DNA of 64,000 nucleotides, from contig NC_043022.1 in the NCBI RefSeq assembly GCF_006345805.1, positions 15,314,001 through 15,378,000 of the forward strand, given 5' to 3'. Position numbers and translations under genes: made by a program. The notes below the pieces were generated by a model. That model was not told the origin of the DNA. It was given only the letters and a program-made list of their open reading frames with translations, and searched no databases. This stretch comes from Octopus sinensis (taxonomy: Eukaryota). Below are positions 12,177-24,009 of the stretch, piece after piece. Each line of letters opens with the position of its first letter. Within the stretch, counting starts at the first letter, position 1.

Positions 12177-12567
12177 TCACTCCCAGTGGTTTTCCAGCAT
12201 GCTGGACACTGACCCAGAATTTCTGCAATATGTGTGTGAGTATACACCCAAACACATATTGTATGGTGTGCCTATATATTATTATATAAGGGTTCCTAAC
12301 ACAGCTGAGTATATTAATCCTAGAACTCGTTAGCTACTTAATTTATCAACTCAGGTAGTCAATTACGTTGACCCAAAAGCTCAACTGACAATAATGATAT
12401 TTTAAAATTTTAGCAGAAGACCAGTAATTTTAAAGATGAAGGGCAACGCCGACCTTAGTGGAATTTGAACTCAAAACCTCAAGCCAGAAGAAATACTGCC
12501 GAGCATTTTGCCTGGTGCTGTATCTGCCAGCTTTGTGCCTTCACATAATAGTAATAATAATAATAAT

Positions 12568-13127
12568 AAATGCCCTGATGCAGTACCAGGCAGTGGCTCT
12601 CATGGCTTCTGATCTTAACTGATTGGAAGTGTTATCATGTACATTGTTTTGTCTTGGTGTAAAAGATGGGCTACAGCAAATATTCTGCTCAATACCACAG
12701 ATTTGCTTGTCAGTTGTTTGACCATAACCAGTTGAGCATGTCCCTTAGTGGCTGACGATATGTGCATCTCTGATCACGAGCAGAAGTAGTGGGGGAGCAT
12801 CATAGCCATGTGTTGAGAGGGATTCTTTGGGATTTGAATAACTCACCTCTGGAAACATGGGTGTTTCGTTCAACGTCCTTAAACAACCCTTATTCAGGGA
12901 CCTTTTGAGTGGGATGGGCTACTCGACCAGAAGAAAATTCTAACTGGGCTCCACCTGCAAGGTCATGTGCTGTTTATCTTGATATGAGATCACCATGTCG
13001 CGCACATATGGTTGTGATGCATGTGCCTGGTGTACCCTTATCAGACGGATAGTCATGATGGGTATACTGGGCTTCGTATATTTTGCCCCAGTGTCACTTT
13101 GATGGCATGAACCGCTCTCTCACTCAA
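12568..13127 (-). mobile_element. Family E ~560-bp retroposon-like repeat embedded in (AAT)n
   Basis: Highly similar inverted copy at 53848-54383; 3' end gcctggtactgcatcagggcattt(att)n; no ORF. Confidence 0.75.
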
Positions 13128-14250
13128 TAATAATAATAATAATGGTGATGATGGTGATGATGATATTTACCATGTTAGATGATTAAAACACTTCTTCCAT
13201 TTATAATAAAGGAGCAAATTTAGGCCACAGGAGGAAATGATTCATATTAAGAGGGATGGGTATCTTTATTAGCTCGGACAGATATTTCGCTTTAACGAGC
13301 GGCTTTAATTAAAACTTACATCAATCCCATCAAAGATAACACAAAGCTTAGAAGCAACAGTTATGATTATTTGTTTACTGGATGTTTGTTTTGTGGGGGT
13401 TTTTTTGTATATATGTGTTGGGAGTATTTTAGGTAAAAATAACTTGGTTGGTAACCTTTAGCAAAACAATCTTTTTTTTTTTATCTTCAACTTGTTTTAA
13501 TCGCTGGACTGTGCCCATGCTGAACAACAGAATAAGTCCCAGGCTTAAACAAAAATAAAAAAAAAGTACTGTACCCCAGCATGGCCACAGTCAACTGAAT
13601 GAAACAAGGAGAAGGATAAAAGATCTCAAGTGTCCAAAACTATGAGATAAATAGTCAATACACACACACACACACACAGGATAAGAGATTTAATCTACAA
13701 CCAGAAATGGAATTTATCACAGGTGACACACACCCAGAAGTACTACCTACCTCCTTTACATGACAGCTAGAATGGTGGTGGTGGTAGCGGTGGTAGTAGT
13801 GATGGTGGTGGTATATTGGTGGTTGTAGCAGTGATGCCAGCGGTGGTGTGGTGGTCTTTGTAGTAGTAGTGATGGTAGTGGAAGTGGTAGTGGTGGTTAT
13901 AGAGCTCGTGGTGATAGTTATGTGATAATGGTAATAATGTGGTGGTGGCGGTGTTAGCGGTGGTGGTGACATTGGTTACTTGGTTTCATAAACGTTGCTC
14001 ACTAATAATAGTGTTGGTTTTTACTTCTTACTCCTGTGGTACATCATACACAAACACACACACACATATATACATATATACCACACATGTATATGTATGT
14101 GTGTGCATGTATATATATATGTATATGTATGCATCATCATATATATATATATATGTGTGTGTGTGCATTTATATACGATTGCGGATCTATTTTTAGCGTA
14201 AGAGCGTCCACATAGTGGATTCTCTCTCATATTTGTGTGTGTGTGTATAT

Positions 14251-14351
<101 letters not shown>

Positions 14352-14944
14352 GAGAGATAGACAGACAGACAGACAGATAGATAGATACACACACACACAC
14401 ACACACGCATACATGGCCAGGTGCAGTGGGAGAGAATGAGGGTGTGTGTGTCCAACGACAGCCAAATGACTCAGTCATCTCCACAGCGCAGCAGCCGCAC
14501 AGTTCAGTGCTAATAGGACACAAAACTTTAGTTGACCTTTAGGGAGAAGTGTGGGGTCAACTGTCTGTTAACCTAGAGACTTGTTGAGATGAAGTGCAGG
14601 GGTCTGGGAGCGCTGACAAACAAAACATAAATGGCCCTAATCTAAACACAAGAATTTGCATTTAGTAAATGATTGAACTCAGTCGGCTGCTGCTTAGCTC
14701 GAAGCCTGTCTTCGTTCCAGTGGTGACCATCCCAACTGGTTCCAAGTACTGTTTATCCAAGAGAGGTGGTTCCCGCCCACTTTTTGTGTTATTGACCGAT
14801 TTCATAGATGAGAATTTTTCCACAGACAAATGGGGTCATGGGGTCATGGGGTCATGCACATGACAGAACACCCTCAAGTGCATAAATATATAAGTCAATT
14901 ACCGCATACGTAATCCTGGCGTTCTGTGGGTTTTGGCAATGAGG

Positions 14945-15500
14945 GTTCCGGGGGAGCTGCTCGATCAACGGAACAGCCTGCTCGTGAAATTAATGTGCAA
15001 ATGGCTGAGTAACCCACGGACACGTGTACTCTTAGATGTAGTTTACAGGCAGATTTAGCAATGACACAGAATGTGACAAGGCTGGCCCCCTTTGAAATTA
15101 CAGGTACAATACATTTTTAAAGGCGGCGAGCTGGCAGAATCGTTAGCACGCCGGGCGAAATGCTTAGCGGTATTTCGTCTACATTACGTTCTGAGATCAA
15201 ATTCCGCCGAGGTCGACTTTGCCTTTCATCCTTTCGGGGTCGATAAATTAAGTACCAGTTACGCACTGGGGTCGATGTAATCGACTTAATACCTATGTCT
15301 GTCCTTGTTTGTCCCCTCTGTGTTTAGCCCCTTGTGGGTAATAAAGAAATAGGTACAATACATTTTTAAGTGAGTTGAATGAACTGGAGCAATATGAAAT
15401 AAAGTGTCTTGCTCAAGGACACAACACACCTCTGGGAATTGAACTCATGACCTTATGACTAAGACAAATAGCCTAACCTCTGAGGCAACGTGGATTCACA
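14945..15500 (-). mobile_element. SINE family D variant, split by a SINE B insertion
   Basis: aacagcctgctcgtgaaattaatgtgcaaatggctgagt..caaggctggcccc..gtgtcttgctcaaggacacaac; interrupted at 15121-15350. Confidence 0.75.
15121..15350 (+). mobile_element. SINE family B, full length, with 19-bp TSD
   Basis: ggcggcgagctggcagaatcgttagc..gaggtcgactttgcctttcatcctttcggggtcgataaattaagtaccag..aataaagaaat; TSD aggtacaatacatttttaa at 15102 and 15351. Confidence 0.92.
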
Positions 15501-15574
15501 ACACAAAAACAGCCTCCAGACTGTGATAGTCAATAAAACAGTCATAAAATGCCAAGATTCGTTCCTCTCATGTA

Positions 15575-15794
15575 TATCTCTTTACTACCCACAAGGGGCT
15601 AAACACAGAGAGGACAAACAAGGACAGACAAACGGATTAAGTCGATTACATCGACCCCAGTGCGTAACTGGTACTTAATTTATCGATACCGAAAGTCAAC
15701 CTCGGCGGAATTTGAACTCAGAACGCAGCGGTGGACGAAATACCGCTAAGCATTTCGCCTGCCGTGCTAACGATTCTGCCAGCTCGCAGCCTTA
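15575..15794 (-). mobile_element. SINE family B with 14-bp TSD
   Basis: Reverse complement of family B; TSD gttcctctcatgta at 15561 and 15795. Confidence 0.9.
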
Positions 15795-16049
15795 GTTCCT
15801 CTCATGTAGCCAGGTACCAAAGGATTCTGATATCTGTATGTAGCCCAGTGGTTGGGGACACTTGCCCTAGACTACATTATCAATTGTCCCCTTTTTAAGT
15901 GAGGCGATAGGGTGCCATACGAAGGAGATTTGGCTGCTGTTTCTTAAAGGTCAAGAGCAGAGGCCCCCTCCAGTATCTTGTCCTATTATAATTACATAAA
16001 TTGGATAATCTTAATGATGTTCATCGTTTGTAAATTGGTTTTTGTTTTC

Positions 16050-16730
16050 AATGGTTTGTTTTATGGCAGATCCAATATTTAAACAGCACAGCTCCCTGAG
16101 CTTCTGGGTAGTGAAGTCAGTGACCCAATATTTAAAACTCACAGCCATAGGGTTTGGAAATAGAAAGATCAATAATTGATATTTAAATATCACGTTCAAT
16201 GTGTTTCCTTATAGACAGATCAATAGTTTAATATTTAAACACTACAGCTATTGGACCTCAACATAGCGAGGTCAGTGACCCAGTATTTAAATATCACAGC
16301 TATAGAGTTTGGCAATAAAAAGACCAATAATTGATATTTAAACATCACAGCTATTGGGTCTCATAGAAGTGGATCAATAGTTCAATATGTAAACATCGCA
16401 GTTATTGGGTCCTGTGGGAGTGGATCAATAGTTCAATATGTAAACATCGCAGTTATTGGGTCTTGTGGGAACAGATCAATAGTTCGATATGTAAACATCG
16501 CAGTTATTCGGTCTTGTGGGAGTGGATCAATAGTTCAATATGTAAACATCGCAGTTATTGGGTCTTGTGGGAACAGATCAATAGTTCGATATTTAAACAT
16601 CACAGTTATTGGGCTCTATGATAGACAGATCAATAATCAATATTTAAGCACCACAGCTATTGAACTTCATGGTATTTCAGGCTTGGATTCCTATATTTAG
16701 ACATCAAAGCTATTGGTCTTTAGTCGGGTC
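16050..16730. repeat. 51-bp minisatellite with homogeneous core
   Basis: Unit starts at 16371, 16422, 16473, 16524 and 16575 (ggatcaatagttcaatatgtaaacatcgcagttattgggtc..); degenerate units on both sides. Confidence 0.9.
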
Positions 16731-17873
16731 AGTGGTCCTGTTAGAGACGTCACAGTCATTGACCATCAAAACAGCTGAACCCAAACCAAAGGCAATACAA
16801 AATTTGCTGGACCTGTTGCATTGAAATGTGACCAGTTAGCAGTCATAAAAGCATGAGATAGAGGTCCTTAAAGCGTTTCGTGGATGAATGTGCTACGAGT
16901 TAAACCACACCTGTAATTCTTTTAATGCCTGGTACCTGTTCTGTTGGTCTCTTTTGTCAAACTGTTAAGTTAGAGGAATGTGAAGACAGACAGACAGACA
17001 GACACACACACACACACGCAGGCATGACAGGCTTCTTTCAGTTTCCATCTACCAAGGCTTTTCCACTTACAAGGCTCCGGTTGATCTGGTTCTATAATAG
17101 GAGACATTCACCCAAGGCGCGGTGTGGAGTGGGACTGAACCCAGAGCCATGTGGTTGGGAAGCGAACTTCTCACCACAGAGCCAGGCCTGTCAGAGAGCT
17201 TCCTGCACTCCAGGAGACAATGGGGGAAATTTGCTTTGAGATTAGCAACGACTGGTTAATGGTTCAGCCATGGTATTGCAACAAATTTATTGAATATTAA
17301 TCAGTGTTATTGTATAAGTGGGGGTGATGGTGGGGTGGTGGGAGGTGGGGGAGGTGTGACGTATTGATGTTTGGTCAATGCGCACTAACCTTTTCTTTCT
17401 TTCTTTCTTTGTTGTAATCTCATTTTAACAAGACTATTTGCAGAAAGCTCTCACTACTTAGTACGGCAGAAACAAAAGGAGGGGCAGAATTACTGCAAAA
17501 CGGTGGTTCTGTTGTTGTTGTTGCTGTTTTCAGATGCCTCTGTTTCCATTATCTAGTCTGCTTGTGTAATCTCCAACAAATCTCCTATTTTGCTGCTCAA
17601 GCAGAAATGTCTCAAAAACACAAAAAAAAGGAAAAAAAAACACAAAGAAAAGCCATTTGTTCAAAGCAGGCATTCACCATTGTAAGCGTTGGGTGTATTT
17701 ATACACCATATATAAAATGGCAAGCTGGAAGAATCGGTAGCATGTTGTGCAAAATGCTTAGTGGCATTTCAGCTGTCTTGAAGTACTGATCTCCAAGTGG
17801 CGCCGAGGTCAGCTTTGTCTTTCATCCTTGCAAAGTTGATATAAATTAAGTCAAGCAATGGCAGTTTGATATA

Positions 17874-18106
17874 TATTTCTTTACTACCCACAAGGGGCTA
17901 AACATAGAGGGGACAAACAAGGACAGACAAAGAAATTAAGTCGATTACATCGACCCCAGTGCATAACTGGTACTTAATTTATCAACCCCGAAAGGATGAA
18001 AGGCAAAGTCGACCTCGGCGGAATTTGAACTCGGAACGTAACGACAGACGAAATACTGCTACGGATTTCGCCCAGCGTGCTAACGTTTCTACTAGCTCGC
18101 CGCCTG
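17874..18106 (-). mobile_element. SINE family B with 10-bp TSD, inside an older SINE B
   Basis: TSD gtttgatata at 17864 and 18107. Confidence 0.88.
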
Positions 18107-18189
18107 GTTTGATATAATCAACTGGTCCCCCTCCCCACAAAATTTTCGTCCTTGTTCCTATAACGGAAAGGATTAGTATTATTATTATT

Positions 18190-18610
18190 AACATGCCAGG
18201 CAAAACGCTTAGCAGTATTTTGCCCTTCGTTATGTTCTGAGTTCAAATTCCGCCAAGGTCGACTTTGCCTTTCATCCTTTCGGGATCGATGAAATAAGTG
18301 CCAGTTACGCACTGGGGGTTTGATATAACTGACTAGACCCCTTCCCCAAAAATTTCTGGCCTTGTTCCTGTAATAGAAAGGATTATTATTATTATTAAGG
18401 CAGTGAGCTGGCAGAATTGTTAGCATGCTGGGCAAAATGCTCAGCGGTATTTCATCCGTCTTTCATTTGAATTGAAATACCACCAATGTTAACTTTGCCT
18501 ATCATACTTTAAGGGTCGATGAATTAAGTACCAGTGATATACTGGTGCTGATGTAATCGATTAGTCCCCTTCCTACAAAATTTCAGGTCACGTGCCTATA
18601 GTAGAAAGGA
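18190..18610 (+). mobile_element. Two degenerate family-B-type SINEs in tandem
   Basis: Repeated gttcaaattccgccaaggtcgactttgcctttcatcc..aagtaccag body, each ending tagaaaggattattatt. Confidence 0.75.
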
Positions 18611-18636
18611 TCATTATTATTATTATTATCATCATC

Positions 18637-18860
18637 ACCTCCACCTTAGTGAAGGCGGAGGTATTGTTTTCAGCCTCTTTTGTTTGTTTCTCTACAGACA
18701 AGATATCTCAAGAACCACAGGATGGATTCAGATGAAACTTTCAGGGATGTTTGGCTTCGTGACTGGCACAGACAGATTAGATTTCAGGATCGAATCCGTG
18801 CCCGACAAGGATTCTGGATTATTTTTCCTGTTTTTTTACTAAATTTTTGACAGCATGTCC
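18637..18860. mobile_element. Non-autonomous DNA-element-like repeat with terminal hairpin; class uncertain
   Basis: acctccacctt-agtg-aaggcggaggt hairpin followed by tgttttcag..gtttgtttgttt..caagatatctcaagaacc..gatggatt..atgaaactttcagg. Confidence 0.45.
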
Positions 18861-19389
18861 TTCTGTACCTTAAATCTCTCAACTGGCACAAAGACACACC
18901 TGCCCCGATATTACTTGCCCCTCCCAGTTGTGGGGTTTTTGTCTTGTAAGGTATTTGGTGACCATGTTGGTGCTGGTGCCGGTGCCACATGTAAAGTATC
19001 TACTATGTTCTGTGAAGTGGTTGGTGTTAGGAAGGTTATCCAGCTGTAGAAACCCAAAACAGACAATGGAGCCTGGTGCAGCTCCTGCTCTTGTCAGCTG
19101 CTGCCCTTGCCGGCTGCTGCCCTTTCTGGCTCCTGCCCTTGCCGGCTCCTTTTTTTTTTTTCGATTAGATTTATTATTATTATTACTAATATTGTTGTTA
19201 TACATACGTACATACAAGCATATGTAATGATAATAATGGGTGGATGTAAACACATGAACCAAATTAGAACAACAGCAACAAAAACAAAATACAAATTACA
19301 TGAATGTATATAAACAGAAGATACAAATATTACAAGCATCCCCCCCCACACACACACACTAAATAAACAGACGCAGATAGAGATATAAG

Positions 19390-19700
19390 CATGCGCAAAT
19401 GAAGACATACAATAGAAATACAAAATGGCTGACGGTTAGTAAGGAGAGACACACACAAATAAGTGAGAAGAAAACAAAGGACCACTGATGCGGTCACAGG
19501 AGTGTGACGAAAGAACTCTGGCCGAAATAAGATTAAGATTAATGTAAAAAATAAATAACGCCGAAGCAAAATAACACCAAATATATAGTGCGTGTGTTTT
19601 TATTGGCTAAACTGGCAATATGACCATTCCGAAATATAACAATATCTGTTTCAACACACGATTTCACATAAAAAATCTTGCACAACAAATATTTAAATGT
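19390..19700 (+). mobile_element. Penelope-like repeat containing a hammerhead-like motif
   Basis: Shares ctga.cg.ttagtaaggagagacac..ggaccactgatg.ggtcacaggagtgtga.gaaagaactctggccgaaata with 29795-29940, and its 3' part with 22160-22260. Confidence 0.6.
19479..19523 (+). ncRNA. Minimal type-I hammerhead-like motif (A9 mutated to C in this copy)
   Basis: ggacca-CTGATGc-g-GTCAC aggagt GTGAC-GAAA-g aa c-TC-tggcc. Confidence 0.55.
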
Positions 19701-20014
19701 ATATACACACATATATATATATATATAAGTATCAGTATGAAAATGAGATAAGCAACACAACACTGAGGATAGAAGATCAAATCTATTAACGATAACCACC
19801 CACCCCATCCTTATTACTGCCACCACCACCACCACTATCATCATAACCATCACTTCCACTATCGCCCACCCTCTGGCAGTTTCACTGGATCTTCTCTCCC
19901 ATACATGGGTGTGTATATCACCAATTAACATTTGTTTACCATGCTGGTAAGGGCTGAACAGCTTAACAGGAGTTGATAAGCTAGGAAACTGCACCAGGCC
20001 CCATTATCTGATGT

Positions 20015-20043
<29 letters not shown>

Positions 20044-20045
<2 letters not shown>

Positions 20046-20423
20046 AGTGGCTGTGTGGTAAGTAGCTTGCTAACCAACCACATGGTTCCAGGTTCAGTCC
20101 CACTGCGTGGCATCTTGGGCAAGTGTCTTCTGCTATAGCCCCGGGCCGACCAATGCCTTGTGAGTGGATTTGGTAGACAGAAACTGAAAGAAGCCTGTCG
20201 TATATATGTATATATGTGTATGTGTGTGTGGTTGTGTTTGTCCCCCTAGCATTGCTTGACAACCGATGCTGGTGTGTTTATGTCCCCGTCACTTAGCGGT
20301 TCGGCAAAAGAGACCGATAGAATAAGTACTGGGCTTACAAAGAATAAGTCCCAGGGTCGATTTGTTCGACTAAAGGCGGTGCTCCAGCATGGCTGCAGTC
20401 AAATGACTGAAACAAGTAAAGAG
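20044..20423 (+). mobile_element. SINE family A, full length
   Basis: Matches 7881-8293. Confidence 0.92.
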
Positions 20424-20430
20424 ATATATA

Positions 20431-20640
20431 CAGGGTGTCCCTGAAGTCGTGCACCACCCTGGTTTTTTGAGAGAATACACCCTTACTGATTTCAAGAACA
20501 TGTCATTGAAATTAATCATAACAAATGCTCAAATTGAGCGCCCTCTACAATAAAACATGCCGAAAAAAATATAATAAAATAAATTGCTTTAATAATTTTT
20601 TATGAAAACCAGAATAGTGCGCGACTTCTGGGACACCCTG
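20431..20640. mobile_element. Tc1/mariner-type MITE (210 bp)
   Basis: TA|cagggtgtccctgaagtcgtgca ... tgcgcgacttctgggacaccctg|TA. Confidence 0.88.
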
Positions 20641-20644
20641 TACG

Positions 20645-20677
<33 letters not shown>

Positions 20678-20711
20678 TATATAATATATATATGTTTATA
20701 TATATATATAT

Positions 20712-20920
20712 AGCCATGTTGATTCGCTAGCCTCTGCACGCATTTTTTTTCTCTCTTGTTTCTCTCCGTGTTTCTTTTCTGGGTATCTTTCTGCTGAAGA
20801 GCGTAGGCTCGAAACGTAAAAGACTTGTTTTATTTATATTCCTGAGCGCCATACTAATACAATTGTTTGTTTGTTTTCCACCTGCCTTCGTCTTTTGTTT
20901 ATTTTCATAAAGCTTCCCGT
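20712..20920 (+). mobile_element. Penelope-like repeat carrying a hammerhead-like motif
   Basis: gaagagcgtaggctcgaaacgt core within a T-rich unit flanked by (TA)n. Confidence 0.6.
20786..20823 (+). ncRNA. Minimal type-I hammerhead-like motif (variant core CUGCUGA)
   Basis: TCTTT-CTGcTGA-a-GAGC gtag GCTC-GAAA-C-G-T-A-AAAGA: stem I tcttt/aaaga, stem II gagc/gctc, palindromic ACGT stem III, GUA cleavage triplet. Confidence 0.65.
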
Positions 20921-21099
20921 TTTATATATACATATATAAAATCATTGTGTGTGTGTGTGTGTGTGTGTGTGTATAATCATTATATAAAGGTCATTAATTA
21001 TGATATATACTTATATAAAGAGTGGGCTGTGTGTGTATGTAATATATATTGAGAGAGATTATATATGTATGTGTGTATGTTTGTGTACACACACATATA

Positions 21100-21385
21100 T
21101 ATGTATGGTCACACACACACACACACATATACGTATGGTCACACACACACACACACATATACATATGTATGGTCACACACACACACATACATATGTATGG
21201 TCACACACACACACACACATATACATATGTATGGTCTCACACACACACACACATATGTATGGTCACACACACACACACACACATATACATATGTATGGTC
21301 ACACACACACACACATATATACATAGATATGTATGGTCACACACACACACACATATATACATAGATATGTATGGTCACACACACT
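21100..21385. repeat. Compound minisatellite atatgtatggtc(ac)n
   Basis: About 9 tandem units with variable (AC)n length. Confidence 0.9.
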
Positions 21386-22127
21386 GTTGAACATTATTGC
21401 TAAAAGGAGGTGAAACAGTCTTTTCATAATTGAGGTGGGCTGAGGGGGGAGAGAGGAGAAGGAGGAGAGAATGAGGAAAGAGAGAGCGAGAGAGAAAGAA
21501 AAGGAAAAAGCATTGATAGATGCAGTGATGTCGGATGCTGATAGAAATCTGTAGATAGGTTCCTACACGAAAATAGCAAATGGTACGACTTTGTCGCAAT
21601 CTGTGTCTTCGAGAGGAAGCGGCGAGCATTATCAGAAAGTGTAGCAGACTGCTTGACAGTGTAAGGTCTGCCGAGTGGAAGGGGATCACTTTAAGGGCAT
21701 CAGATTAGTAGGTATTAGTTAATCTATGCCAGAGATAGGATTCCACTCAAGGGAGCGAAATCAGAAGGGAATGGGGGGGGACATTTTTTTTCTTTCTTTT
21801 CGGCCCTTCACCCACGCCCACCCTTGGCTGGCAGCTCTTTGCGCCCCCCCCCCCCCCACTTCTGCCTTTTTATATATGAGCGTTTTTCCTTTTGCCATCT
21901 CATATTTCTGTGTGTGTGTGTGTAAGTATATATGTGTGTGTTTGTGTGTGTGCGTATTTTCACACATGCACACACTCGCTGAGTGTTTTCCGTACACCTA
22001 GGGCAGAGAAGCTCATTGTATGCATTCCCAGATTACACGTGAAAATTCACAGATAAAATATGTATTTAAAAAATTAATAAATAAATAAATTCATGAATGG
22101 ATGTTGTTTTCACAGCGATACTAATAT

Positions 22128-22203
22128 TATTGTTATATTTCGGAATGGTCATTTTGCCAGATTGGCTAAACTGGCAAAATGACCATTCCGAAATATAACA
22201 ATA
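22128..22203. repeat. Perfect 33-bp inverted repeat, 10-nt loop
   Basis: tattgttatatttcggaatggtcattttgccag (22128-22160) / ctggcaaaatgaccattccgaaatataacaata (22171-22203). Confidence 0.95.
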
Positions 22204-22539
22204 TCTGTTTCAACACACGACTTCACATAAAAAATCTTGCACAACAAATATTTAAACGTACTAATATTATTATTCAGGTCACTGCCTGGAATCGAACTCA
22301 GAATTTTGGGGTTGGTAGCCCAAACTCTTAACCACCATGCTATATGCCCGAGGCCTTTTTTTTTTTTTTAACTTTAGGAATGAGAACCCAGGTTTGAAAT
22401 TTCCCCCAAGACACCTGATGAAGGCTGGAGGGTATATCAGCCGAAATATTATGTTAACAACAAACAAGATGAAGACAAATACCCATCAATTTGTAAATAA
22501 TGCAAATAATTCCTCATCTCTTAAATATAGAACTTTGAG

Positions 22540-22825
22540 GTATTAAGCTCTCAGTCGTAAGGTCGTGAGTTCAATTCTTGGTCATGCACTGTATCCTTGA
22601 GTAAGACAATTTCACATTACTCCAGTCTACTCAGCAGGCAAAAATAAGTCATACCTGTAATTTCAAAGGGGCCAGCCTTGTCACATTCTGTGTCATACTG
22701 AATCTATCTGGGAACTACATTGAGGGTACACATGTTTGTGGAGTACTCAGCCACTTGCATGTTAATTTGACGAGCAGCTGTTCTGACGGTTTGAGTCAAC
22801 TGGAATCTTCATTGTCAAAATTGAC
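22540..22825 (+). mobile_element. SINE family D variant
   Basis: gtcgtaaggtcgtgagttcaattc..ccttgagtaagaca..ccagtctactcagc..gggccagccttgtcac..gtggagtactcagccacttgcatgttaattt. Confidence 0.75.
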
Positions 22826-23544
22826 AGAATACCAGCTTTTTGTTTTGTTTTTTTAAATATAATCACCACATGGCCACCACACCAGCACAATCTTCTCTCT
22901 TTCACGCTGCAACCGATTCCTCCACCCCCCGACACCCCGTTTTTCTTTCATCTCATTTGTGCTCCCTGTATTCATGTACCCCTAACATTACACATCTAAC
23001 AAGACATACCTCGTTTGCTTCTAATCTTTACGCATCCCCTGCAGCCGTGACTCACATTTCATCCCCATCTGATATAACCCTTTATACACAAGCCCCATAG
23101 AATCTGCTCTTCACCCAGAGACAGACAAAGAGAAAGAGGGAAAGAAAGAGGAGACCCTTGTATAATAAAACAGAGATAATTAACTCCCTAAACATTTTCT
23201 ACCCTATTTTTACCATGACTACTCATCTTTCAATATACCCTACTCAACTGCTAATTAGGTAACCTAGGTAACAGAAACCATTAGCTGTTTCTAGGGAGCC
23301 ATCTGCTCCATTCAAAACCCCTTTTTTGCCATCCTGCTTGTGATTCCATCTCGTGTGCATCCATAGTTTGCATGGGGTACACTGTATGGGAATCCGACCT
23401 GCTCCCTGTCTCGATATCCTGTTTCACCCAAAGAACGCTTAACGACAGAACAAGAACCAAACGAAAATGTTTACAAGATTTGAATCTCTCAGGTAACCCC
23501 ACACCTGAGCAGAAACTAATGCAAACATCGCTATTCAAACAATG

Positions 23545-23850
23545 GTTCTATTATTCTGTTATTCAGTTACTGGTTTCTGCCAGAGGCAGCGGCCATGCTA
23601 CAGCACTACAACGCAACAACAGGAAGATCATGTAACAAAGCTATCGCCCCAATGTAAACACTACGTAACTTTATTACTTTAACGAAAAACAGTTCTATTC
23701 TATTATTGGTTCCAGCCAAACGCTGTGGCCATGCTGGGGCACCATAATGCAACAACAGGAAGATCATGTATCAAAGCAATCACCCCAAAATAAACACTAC
23801 TTAATTTACTTGTACAAAAAAAAAAAAACAGTTCTATTATTCTGTTATTG
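23545..23850. repeat. Old ~140-bp tandem duplication
   Basis: gttctatt..ggccatgct..gcaacaacaggaagatcatgta.caaagc.atc.cccc..taaacactac at 23545 and 23691, restarting at 23831. Confidence 0.7.
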
Positions 23851-23976
23851 TGCCAAAACGGATTTTGTTGTCTTGGGAGGGTCATAACACCAATAATACA
23901 CACACATTGCACTGGTTCTACTTCATTTAGGGATTTAAAAAAAAAGTCTATACCAAGAACTATAACAGCTAATATT

Positions 23977-24009
<33 letters not shown>

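Noticed and set aside
17380-17560. Splice-like signals (plus-strand branch point and pyrimidine tract; minus-strand AAG|GTTAGT)
   Set aside because: The signals are ambiguous between strands, partly a (CTTT)n repeat, and give no recognisable peptide.
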